NCBI GenBank assembly: GCA_051362555.1
Contig: CM120642.1
Coordinates: forward strand, 20,522,001-20,586,000
Length of the DNA: 64,000 bases
Direction of reading: 5' to 3'
Origin: Lingula anatina
Taxonomy: Eukaryota; Animalia; Brachiopoda
This document shows positions 12,911-24,335 of the stretch, piece after piece. The position numbers and the translations under genes were made by a program. Under the pieces are notes generated by a model, which saw only the letters and a program-made list of their open reading frames with translations, had not been told where the DNA came from and ran no database searches. Position 1 is the first letter of the stretch, and each line of letters opens with the position of its first letter.

Positions 12911-14215
12911 TCCACAAATCGAAAGTAGGTGTCATTTTGTCATGTCAGTATTTTTACCAACAGAACACAACTTATTACGTCGCAATCAGCAGCGCCCTGC
13001 TTCGATCTTTCCCCGTTAACGTGCTCCTAACCTCTAATACATTTCTAGCAAGGAAAACCTATCTTACCTGTTGGCAGATTCATATAATGGCTCAGTGTCC
13101 TCCATTGTAAAGAGCACAGTAACGCCCCTTATGAGGTCGCACACCCTCCAAAATATCGCGCGATTCTCGCGACCCTTGTCTCGCGAAGTTAGATAAGATA
13201 AGTTTTTACATGTAGATATTGGTAATATTTTAACGTATATGACGTGATGTTAAAATATGGGTATAAAAAGGACTTCGAGTGAAGTGATTTCTGTGCGGCT
13301 CCGTGTGAAGTTTTCGGTCTTGCAGGCAAAGGAGTTGCAAGTACTAATTTAACCCTCTATGATGACACACTTGATACATTGACCCATCACTGGGTGGAAA
13401 TCATCGGCAACTCTAAATCAATAAAAGCAATGTATTTTCCACACCCAGGACTTCTCACTAGGTAGATATTTTGCCGTGCTGGAGGAACTGTTGAAACAGC
13501 TTAGTGTGAAAAAATAATTTCCACTTACAGATCTGATGATTATTTAAAATACGCAGGTCACGTTCGAAAATCAGCATGATCGGGCCATTTTTCCACAGTT
13601 GTGCTGTTTTTATTCTTTTTTCCTCATCTATGCAGCACCGATAACATGATAAGTGGAAACAGTTTTACCTTTTGGCTTGAAACTTACAGAACTGATGGAT
13701 ATTCATATTATATAGATAAGTTCGAAAACCAGCATGATTGGGCCATTATTTAATAAGTAATGTTGTTTTTTCTCTTTTTTTTTCAGCATGTATGCAACAC
13801 TGATAAAATATTTCATGGGAAACCGATAGGCCTATTGTCTTGCATCTCACGGGAGTGATCAATCTTTCTAAAATACAGATCGAGTTTGAAAATAAGCTTG
13901 ATCAGCTAAGTTTTGATGCAGTTATGCCTTTTTTATATAAACGTGGTTTTTCTTCAGATTTAATTCTTAGGCATGTTAACAGTCTCATTATAGAACTAAT
14001 TAGATATGTAAAAGTGTTCTTTTGACATTCTCTGCTTCTCAACAAAATTGTTAGTTGCTTACATAAAAATGACGGTAAACTTGTTATCGTGCTTTGTGTA
14101 ATAAAGTGTCAAAAATGGAAATGAACTCATATCATTGCAGTTCGTTAGATTCAATCATTCACTACCCTCTACAGGGAGAGTGATAGATTTTTACAGATAT
14201 TCACAGATATGTCTG

Positions 14216-15004
14216 TAGCTAGATAGATGGTCATTTTGGGCTGAACTCTTTAGTCCCACTGCAATTGAACTCTTGAGTCTAAATCAAAGATATATTTATT
14301 TCAGAAGATTAGATTTTACCCGAATTACGTTGCCTTAACCTACAGGTGCAGTGTACATGTACTAATGTCACAGTTTTCTCCCTGGCCGAAGTAAATAATT
14401 TTATAAAAAGTACTATAAGAAAGGGAGAGTCAATAAACCACTGATAATGAAATTATGAAATCAAACTGGCGTTGTACCGCGAACGTACGTAGATGGCTGC
14501 ACTTCGTAGTTCTAGTACTACTACCAGCGAACACCAATCTACAGCATACCTTAACTGCGGGATCGAGACGTTTTTCAAAGAGTCAGTAATAAGTAAGTCA
14601 TATAAAAGACTAAATAGAGCACAGTTACGCCCCTTAAAATAGAGTCTATATTATTGCATAAGAAAGACAATACCTCCAGGAATTTATTGTTAGAACGTCT
14701 TATCTCTCTATTTTCTATTTTTTTTTTTCGGAGGAAACACCTGACGTGATAGACATTTTTTTAAAGCTGCAGTACGGAATTGTGGGATACAGCTTACTTC
14801 GGGAAACCCCTTCAACCATGTGACTGGTTTCTGCAGACAGCAGAGCCTTAGACAGGTTGCGTAACGGGCATTTAGCACATCGTCACGAAGCGAAGCTCCT
14901 GCAGAGCGAGTATAAAGCCTTCTGCGCGCGGGCAGAGATAATTGCTCCCACATGGGATTCCTCAACAGGGTGACTTCAGCCCAAAATGACCATCTATCTA
15001 GCTA
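14216..15004. mobile_element. MITE-like element with 30-bp perfect inverted ends
   Basis: TAGCTAGATAGATGGTCATTTTGGGCTGAA at 14216 and its reverse complement ending at 15004. The outer TA may be the TSD. Confidence 0.7.
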
Positions 15005-16419
15005 GAGAGTAGAGGGTAATCATTCACGATGTTCAGAATCTCAGAATGGAGCAAATTGGACATTTAAAATTGTTCTTATGATATTTTTTCCTATTTCAAC
15101 AATTTTCACATTTGATCATATAAATATAAATATCATTTTGTTTTATGTAAAAAAAAGTGTTGAAATAGAGAGAAATACATTTTAGTAGAGTTATATCTTG
15201 TGTTCATATTGGCATTTTTAAGGCGTGACTTGTGGGCCTGAAGACCTTTGCTGGTCGCATTTGGGTGGTCAGTCTGAATTTGCATAAAACACACGTTGAG
15301 ATTTCCCTGTAAACTCCCATAGGTTAAGCACTCTGCCAGATAACAGTGTCCATAAAAAGGAAGCAGTGGTAATTTTGCAGGAAAATGTTATTTAATATTG
15401 CAAATGCGTTTTCAAAAAATATATTGTGTAATGCCAACATTAATGCTATAGATAAATAACAGTGCTTTATTATCCTCAAACTCACTGGGGTTATTCAATG
15501 TTAATACAGCAAGATTAAACGTTTGAATAGCAGCTTTATTGGAATATTTTTGTTGTGTTTTCTTTTATTTATTTTTTCAATCACTGCATTTTTAAGATGT
15601 GACTTTTAACTCCCAGAATTCTGAATCTCTGCACAATTTCTGTATTTCCACATAAGCAGTAGCATTGGTATTTATGGTATTTAAACATTATGTAATATTA
15701 TTTTATGTACTGTCATTATTTTTCAAATATTGGGATTTTCATTATGTGAATTTGAACTGCCATAGTCCTGAAGCTATAATTTTATTGCAAAGACGGATTG
15801 AGACTGTCTTCTGGGTCTTCCAGAGGATGATCAATTCTTAAATTTTACATTGACGGGTATCTCTTTCCTGTCGGAAGACAATCAAAAATTGAGGATGGAA
15901 CAACAAAGATAATTTGGAAGACTGTCGGAAGATATCTCTGGATCGTTCTGTTATTTACCATGTTACCTGTTGTGCATGATTAAAACTGTGCATGATTAAA
16001 AGTGTTGATTGACTGTGCTGTTATAAGCATTATTTATTATTGCATCAAAATCGACAAAAGGACCTATTTTCTGCATCTTTATTTTCTGTTTTTATGTCTG
16101 TACATTTGACAGTTTTTCTGCCTCGTTTTCTCCTTATTATTTATTTTATGACAAAATATTCTTTTTTGATATTCCACAAATAAAAACCATCACGCACGGT
16201 TGATCAGGTAAAAATCATACTGTTTCAAAACTTACCTAAACTTGAAGAAAGCCATGTATATTTAACTTTTTCAATTCCTTTTGAGTGCCACCGAACGAAC
16301 AGAAAAGTCCCCCCCCTAGCTGTTCGAGGATGGTTCATTTAAACCTCACATTAAGATTACCTATACAAGGTGGTCTAGGTGTTGCTAGATCGAGGAAGAG
16401 AAAATCGAACCTTTCACAA

Positions 16420-16726
16420 CAGTGGCGGATTTAAAAGGGTGAGGGGGTCCTGACCCCCCTTCCCCCTTCGATTTCTGAAAAAAAAATCACACCAATGGTC
16501 TTCCCCTTGAAATTAGAATTTTGACGAGCTGCATCATAGTTCTAAACCTTTCCAAATGGCTCAGATCGCCCTTTAAAATACCAAATATTTTCGGGGGCCT
16601 TTAACCGCCCCGAAGCTCACGCCGGGTGGGGGGGGGGGGGGGGGGGGGCAGGGGCAGCTTAGTATCCGTAGGCTGTCATTTCTAAAACCTGGTCCCCCCC
16701 TTCAAATTATCCTGGACCCGCCCCTG
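16420..16726. mobile_element. MITE, about 300 bp
   Basis: Termini CAGTGGCGGATTT...GGACCCGCCCCTG, flanked on both sides by the direct repeat CACAA. Confidence 0.65.
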
Positions 16727-17284
16727 CACAATGTTGAACTAGTTGAGCTCGCTGCTGAATTACTTTATCACACACGGTTGATTACTCGGGTAAAAAATGG
16801 TTCTGGTTCAAAACTTATCTAAATTTAAACAAGCCATGTCTATTTACACTTACATGTACATGTATATTAGCAAATAAATTAAAGCCACCTGTTGCGACCT
16901 ACTGTAAACTATTATTTAACAATACTTTGTCATAACTACCAGATAACTGTGGGTTTAATGTATGAAATCTATTAATTCATGATATTCTACTTTATATTGA
17001 AACTAAAATGGTGATTATTTAATTATAATGTGTATACCTCGACACTGTTTATAGTATCGCGCAACCAAGGTGGTACTTTAATTTATCTGTCAGCAAAAAT
17101 TTCATTGTGATCTTAAAAAGTTCAATGTCCACGGTATATTAAGCCTAACACGTGGATATAGTATCTCATCTAACTCCCCATGTCTTATCATACAATTGTT
17201 TGACTGAGGTCAATATGCTGTTTTGCTGACCTCAGATTACGCTGATAAAGACCGAGGCTGTTTTATAAGTATAAGCTAGGGTAT

Positions 17285-19650
17285 TAGTCCGGTTGCTTAG
17301 GGCAAAAAAATGGCCAAATCGTGACACGGCGGATAAAAGCACCAAATTTTGCATGTGGGTACCTTTTGACATACTAAGTCAAATTAGAGCCGTAGCCCAC
17401 GGAAAAAAATTACCGTTTGGCCAAAAAATCCAAAATGGCCGCCAATGTGTGAAATGCTGTAGAAATATATACATACCTATGTTGATTTTTATCAAATAAA
17501 GTTTTTTCTCAATGTTTTCCACATCCTTATTACCCATATTATGCAAATATGTCAGATAAGAAACGAGTGTCCTTGAACTTTTTGAAAAATCCAAGATGGC
17601 CGCCGTATGGCATAGGAATACTAGAACATGTACAAGGGTTTTTAACTAATGCCAACTGGGAAGATGCATTGCCCACTATCTAATTAATTTAGTTTCTGAG
17701 TGCCTTATTACAGAAATAATATATTTGTGGTGAGTAACTAACCTTTATTCGCAGGCATTTCGAGAAAAATCCAAGATGGCCGCCATATCAAAGGAACACT
17801 ATAGTATACATATAGGGCTTCTTCTGCCATGGAGATATAATATTAATTGATAAATTAGGTTTGTTTCTGAGTATTTTTACATATGTGATGAGAATGTTAT
17901 GCATATCCTTTTTGAAAACAAAACAAAATGGCTGCCATTAGCCATAGAAGGTGGGGTTAAGTTAATGCCTGCGAGAGATAGGCTTCCATATAAAATGAAG
18001 CTAAATTCAGTTGTTTTTTATTATCATTATTATTATTATTATTATTATTATTCCGTGATACATATCTGTTAGGTAATTAATGTCCATATTTGATCATTTT
18101 GGGGAAATCCAAGATGGCCTTCTTTTCCCCATAAGAAACCTGGTGCATTGGATTTTATAGGCACTTCTAAGGAAAATCAGGGTCATTATGATATTTTGTC
18201 AAAATACTTAAGGGTACACACTTGTTACCCACCAGACAGATATCTCAAAGTCCAAAAAGAATGTGGGAAATACCGAGAAACAAAATTCATTTTATATTAA
18301 ACCCAATGTCTCTCTGGCACTAGTTGACTGTACTATTCCTATTGTGAATTGCAGCAATCTTGAATTTTCTCAAATACGCAAGATGCACACTTCCTACACA
18401 CCAGATTTATATAGAGTGAGGTTAATAAGGATGTAAACATGTCTGAACATCAAACTTTATTTCATGTTGGAATCAATGTCTGAACTTTTCCATTAATTGA
18501 CACCTATGTGCATTTGAATGATATATTCCTATCGCAACTGGCAGCTATCTTGGTTTTTCTCCGAATACTACTCAAGGATACATACACTTTCTACACACAC
18601 AGAGTCTTTCAAAAGGATAAATAGGATGTGAAAGGGAAAACATTTAAAACAATCTTAAGTTAACTACATTTAAATTGTACTCAGTGTATCTCATTATTTG
18701 ATTATCTGTACGAATATTCTAATGACAAAAGACAGACATCTTGAATTTCTTCAGAATACTTCAAGATGCACACATGCTACAGACGAGGTATACACCATAG
18801 GGTAATAATAAATGGAAAGAAAAACGTAAATTATTTTTAAAACAAACTCATGGTAATGTAATTGTATAACGAACCACAGGCAGCAATTGAAACTTACCCA
18901 TTAGTATTCCTATGTCAATTGTAGCTATCTTGGATTTTCTCAGAATAGATTTAACCCATTAGTTTTAACCCTTTGTAATACTAGAAGAATTCCTATGACA
19001 TATGGCGGCCATATTGGATTTTCTCAAAATGCCCAAGAATGCATGTTAGTTACTCACCATATACATATTTCGTGGGTGGAAAGGATGTGGAAAACACTCA
19101 GAAACAAACTTAATTTGATAGTGGAAAATTAATCTTTCCAGTTGCCATTAGTTAAATCCCGCGTATACTAGAATTCCTGTGGCACATGGCAGCCATCTTG
19201 GATTTTCCAAAATGCCCAAGAACATTTAGTAGTTACTCACCACGGACATTTTATGTGGGTAATTTGATAGTGGACAACGTATCTTTCTAGCTGGTATTAG
19301 TTGTGCACTAGTATTCCTATGGCTGTTTCTACGGCATATGACAGCCATCTTGGATTTTTTCAAAAAGTCCAAGGAAACTTGTTTGCTATCTGACATATAT
19401 GAATAAAATGGGTAATTAGGGTGTGGAAAACTCTGAGAAAATGATTTATTTGATAAAAATCAACATGGGTATGTACATATTTCTAAAGAATACCATAAAT
19501 TGGCGGCCATTTTGGATTTTTTTACCAAACGGTAAATTGTTTGGGAGGGCTACGGCTCTTATTTGATTTAGAATGTCAAAAGGTAACTACATGCCAAATT
19601 TGGTGCTTTTATCCGCCGTGTCACGATTTTTTCCTTAAGCCACCGGACTA
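17285..19650. mobile_element. Non-autonomous Academ-type DNA transposon, about 2.37 kb
   Basis: Termini TAGTCCGG...CCGGACTA, 3-bp TSD TAT on both sides, imperfect TIRs longer than 300 bp, and many internal copies of AATCCAAGATGGCCGCC in opposite orientation in the two halves. TAG...CTA ends with a 3-4 bp TSD are characteristic of Academ. Confidence 0.75.
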
Positions 19651-19750
19651 TATTTAGACACTTGGATTACACATTTTAAGTGTGTGAAAGAAACATAATA
19701 TCAGGTCTATCAATTAACTCCGTTTTGGGAGTTTAAACCCCTTGAGTATC

Positions 19751-19789
<39 letters not shown>

Positions 19790-20472
19790 AGGAGGGGGTA
19801 AGCAAACTTTTTGACGCTGGTCGTGCTTACAGAAAGCTGTGAATATAGAAAATACCGGTTTATTACAAATGCGTTGTTACAGAGTCATTATGTATTTTCA
19901 AAGATATTTTATTCAAATGGAATACATGCAGTTGATAACAGCATGTGCATGTCTGAACAACAATCTAAAATTCAAATCTTATTCAAAAGTCATTTTTTCA
20001 TAACTCTATTATTTCTGAACAAAATAAAGCTTTAATATTGTTGGTTATAAAAGGAAAAAACGTCAAAAATGTCTGTAGTATCTGTGTAAGGTGACGGGGG
20101 ATTTTTTATCAAGTTAGTAATTATTGAAAAAGAAACAGCCAAGACTGGTTCCCTGCAAGCCCTAGTTGACCAAGCTACCAACCTGACTGCTACAAGACAT
20201 TACATGTCTTCACAACCGACTACTTATATAACAAGCATTAGATTGCAATCGTGCATTTGCATGTGATAACGTAGATTTAGCTAATTTTCTAATTCTACAG
20301 ATACTAAACTCATCCGCCACATCTGCAGCAATATTATCCACCCGTTGTTTATGCTCCGGTGGCTATTGATTGTCCTGTTTGGTACCTTCAAGAATCGTTT
20401 CTTTTTATTTGCCTTTGCCTTTCGATCCAGTGTAAGACGTTAAAGCCTGTTAAAACATCAATTTACTCCCTT

Positions 20473-23400
20473 TTAGTCTGCATCGGTGACTTGTGACCCT
20501 GGTGACTCTTCAGTTTCAACACTTGGGTCTTGAAGCTGTTCGTCCGGTTCTTGTTCCACATCTGAGACTTCCTGTTGGTGATCTCTGTCGGTTCCAGGAT
20601 CTTGGCTGTCATCAATGGTAACTTCAGAACGGGAAACCTCCTCAACCAAACTGATTTGAGAAAAGGACGCTTCCCCACTTTCTCCAGGATGTCTTGTTTG
20701 TTCACTAACTGACGCTTCAGACTGGTCTACGGTTTGTAAAGCTCCTCCTGTCTCTCGTTCGTAAGTGACGGCCACTCGTTCCTCAACTGCTCCACTCAGG
20801 CCAACTGTTTTCTGAAACCGTGCCGTGGCCCTGTCAAAGACCGAGGCCCGCAGAGGTCCACGAATGAAGCCCTCTTCATACATCCTACGACAGCAAATAC
20901 GACAGAAGATGTCATCACACATGAACCAAGCAAAAACGTCGTTGTGGTAGCTTTTTTGGCAGCAGACGCCCACGCATGTTCCCCTGAAACTAGAGCAAAG
21001 GTCCCAACGCGGCCATGAGTGTGTGCCCCACATGCAATGACGCCCACAATATCTAAGGCATATATAGAAGATGGAGATGTAAAGAAACACCAGCCCAACG
21101 CCGGCAAAAGATATCCCTGCGGCCACGTGGAAATAGTCTTCCATATCCGACACAACTTGGCACGCGTCCATGCGAGCAAAGTAGAATAGAATCAAAATGG
21201 TTAAAACAATGCCGAAGACAATTAATGCAAAAATCAAAGCACAAATGTAGAGAAACAAAAGGCAGCAAAATGACAGTTGGTACAGTTTTGACTGGCGCTT
21301 CACACAGCAGCGGTTAAACAAAACAAAGGAACAGGAAGTCAGAGCAAAACAGACAATCCCCATCAATAAGCAAAGTAAGCCAACTATAACCGACCCGCTA
21401 CTAATGGATGCTGTTATACATATTTCTTTTGGTAATGTTTTGTAATTTATGGCCTCATTAAATGTCAGAGCCGTTATAGCAACTAAAATGAGTAGCACTA
21501 TAATGATTGACAGGCAGCAGCAGTGGCCACGCCCATGTAATTTATACAGTTTCTTTTCTGTCTTCAGATGGCGCAGAAGTCGTCGGCTTTCAAGATAAGA
21601 CTTATCGGCGTCGTGGAACACAGCGTTGTTTTTAATGAAGATATCCTTCATGCTTCTTTCAGCTCCCTGCTCGTCAATTGACTGAAGCATGTCAACCACA
21701 TGTTTATCAATTTCAGCAGCGTTCCATTTTGTTTCCTGAAAAATATAGGCAAATAATGAGTTTTTAGATCAGGAGCACTAAGGGTTTACGACCAATCTGG
21801 AAACACGAATCTGCCCCTGAAGGGTGCGCTGCAACACTAAACAGAGTCTTCAAAGACACTTCCATTGGGTAAATTATACCAATTTCTTGTCATTTGTCTG
21901 TTAATTCATGTTACATCTGAAATGTAAGGTGTTGAAGCAAAATGCAACAGACTCTTTTTTTTTTCAATCTGGGTGTAGGACGCACGAGTATATTTTTACA
22001 CGTTCTCTTTACCTTTCCCTGACGTTCCACGTCCTCGTCGTCCATGTTGAAGGTTTTGTTGAGGTAAGCGACCTTAAGAGGATACGTACTGAGGATGGTA
22101 TTGTCCAGAGGGTCGGACAGGGAGAGGTCATCTCGCAAACTCTGAAACATAAAATACCATTTACCACGCCTTAGCAATATTAAATAGCCATTTTTGTAAA
22201 CCTATTTTTCTCTGACTATTGATGCAAATCAATGGCTCGGAAATCGCTTTCTTTTGGGAGTTTTTCAGGAATCGATGAATTGTTCCTGTTCTGTTTATCA
22301 ACTGAAATTCTACTTTTGAAGCAGCTTTAAAAATGAAATTCGCATATTCATGTGTGCGGCTTTGCCTTTTCAGATGAAAGTGCAATCTGCGCAAAAACGT
22401 AATAATTCAAGAAATCCTCTAATGAGTTCAGGACAGTTTTCAACATGCGTATTTCCATTTGACAAAATATAAAAATATCACTGCGGTGTTCAGCTTATAT
22501 CCCTTTCAGGCCATTTTTAATAACACGATTGTGTAATTTGAATTTTTGCCTTCATTCGCTTCATTTCTTTCTTTCATTGATTTTAAACTCATTAAAATAG
22601 AATAAAAAAGTTCGTGTTTAAAACACTTTATTCTCACCTTGATGGCTCTAAATCCGCTTTGGTTTTCCTCAGCTGTTTCACGGATGATGTAGGTCTGATG
22701 ATAACTAAAGCTGCACTGCCAAAAATCACCAGCAGTGACAAAGAAACAGTGGCGAATTTGGTTCGTCAGGTCGTGGCGACGTCTAGCGGTCAGTTCGTTC
22801 AGTTCCACTATCTTTGTTTTATTGTCACCCTCATCGAAGTCTGAAAGACGATATTGTTGTAACATCAGGTTTAGGAAAATTATTTAATATATTTCAATTT
22901 ACAGTAGCTGAGTGTTGAATTTACAGAATGTTTTATATGTTTCAGATTAGAGCAAACATTAGAACCTGGACTACTTACTAGAACCTGCGATGGAAACGGC
23001 TTTCGGAAGAATAGGAACAAGAAGTAGAAGTTGATATCCACGACCTATAGATGTGCTGTTTTATGTTTTTATATTTCATTCCGATAGACAGACAGACAGA
23101 CAGGCAGATGTTCATCAACTTTCAGTTTTCTTCAAAAGGATTTTCATTTTTCATGTGTCAGGCAGAAATGAACAGTGATGCGGTAATGCTTTACACAGAA
23201 AAGTGTGCGTGCTGCGTGCGTGCGTGCGTGTGCAACAAGTCTTTTTTTTTTTTTTTTTTTTTTGACAGAGAAAATCGTTTGAATATCCCACCAAACCATA
23301 CATGAACTCACACTGTAATGGAACCTCCACTTTAAGCGCCAATGTCAAATCAACTTTTACTGGGTATTGGATCCCAGCTCTTCCTATTTCTCTCCCAAGA

Positions 23401-24191
23401 CACCTCAAGTACAGGCCGTTTTCCTGTGTTCCTGGACAACTCAGGTACAGAGTTACCGCAGGCCCTTTGGTGGTGACAGAATTAGAATTGCCACACCCAA
23501 GAGCCTCACAGACCATTGCCCGTAAACCCTCCGTCACATTCCGTGCCGATATCTTTCCGTTGCCACCTGTCGACGCGCCGGTAAGACTTCGGAGTGCCCT
23601 CTCAACTTCGTGGTCATTTGTACCAAGGCTGAAATAGGACAGGTGCTGGACAGGACGATCCCGTATATTTTTGATAGTTGGTAGAGAATTTCTTGTCATG
23701 GTTAGTTTTGAGCCGATTTCGATGCGCCGCTTGCTGGCTGTGTCTTCAATGAAAGGGACAAGTAGATAGTCGAATTCATTGGCATGTTTGACTTTCACGC
23801 CCTCGTAGAAGCTCCCTGCCGGCATCAGTTCAAAATTCAACATTAAATTTGACGATATATTTCCACTTTGTGATCTGTTCAATTTGTCTAAAATTTCCGT
23901 ATTTAAGTACGAACGAACTCGCTCTTCCACATCCTCGGCATCCTTCAGAAGTCTTGCCTCGTAGGTGTCTACATAGCTTATGTATCGGTTCAGGAAAGGA
24001 TCACTTTTTATTTTTCCCCTTGCATTTACAGACTCAGTGGAAATTTGCCGTCTGCTCCCGTCCACTCGGTCGCTGTTTGGTAATGTGTCGTCTGGCAAGG
24101 GGGCGGCTCTGAATGCAAATGGCGAGTGAAGATCACTCATTAATTTCTGATACTCTTCACTGGTCAGTAGCGATGGGGCGTTTTCCTCCAT
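20473..24191 (-). CDS. cGAS-like receptor (Mab-21 family nucleotidyltransferase) with C-terminal 4-TM module, Cys-rich segment and acidic tail, copy 2 (intact, about 824 aa)
   Basis: Coding exons 24191-23312, 22840-22638, 22141-22013 and 21735-20473, all GT-AG, total 2475 nt in frame. A probable 5'UTR exon has its donor near 25238. Motifs: AGSFYEGVKVKHANEFDYLLVP, GPAVTL, KVDLTLAL, FWQCSFS, ILSTYPLK and MKDIFIKNNAVF, then four hydrophobic helices. Intron positions and phases match copy 1. Confidence 0.9.
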
Positions 24192-24258
24192 AGTGTTCCT
24201 GCAATGAAAACGTGAAATATCTGTGTTTATTAAATGTTTTACAATTGGTATAGCTCTC

Positions 24259-24335
<77 letters not shown>

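Larger units (their letters stand above)
3892..13105 (-). pseudogene. cGAS-like receptor (Mab-21 family nucleotidyltransferase) with C-terminal 4-TM module, copy 1; exon 4 interrupted by a transposon (disrupted allele or young pseudogene)
   Basis: Exons 13105-13068 (MEDTEPLYESAN), 12565-11652, 9609-9428, [8568-8503 + 5217-5155] and 4833-3892. All junctions are GT-AG and phases are consistent, giving 2205 nt (about 734 aa) once the insertion is removed. Motifs: VGSFYEGVKVKRANEFDFLLVP, GPAVTL, KVDLTFAL, FWQCTFS, ILSTYPLK and MKDIFIKNNAVF, followed by four hydrophobic segments. Confidence 0.85.

Noticed and set aside
13540-13920. Three degenerate units of about 160 bp (ttcgaaaa.cagcatgat.gggccatt)
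   Set aside because: It looks like a decayed satellite or TE-internal repeat with no definable ends or function.
22979-23044. Possible 66-nt phase 1-1 cassette exon in cGLR copy 2 (AG...GTAAGT, open frame)
   Set aside because: It is not needed for frame, the acceptor has a weak pyrimidine tract, and a similar sequence (taggaacaa..aagaagtag) is intronic in copy 1 at about 9641-9659. It is left out pending RNA evidence.
3892-24191. Reading the separate NTase ORFs and 4-TM ORFs as a bacterial CBASS-like operon or as independent genes
   Set aside because: Conserved GT-AG introns, microsatellites and animal transposons show a eukaryotic locus. The TM-containing exon begins with the end of the Mab-21 domain, so each pair is one spliced gene.
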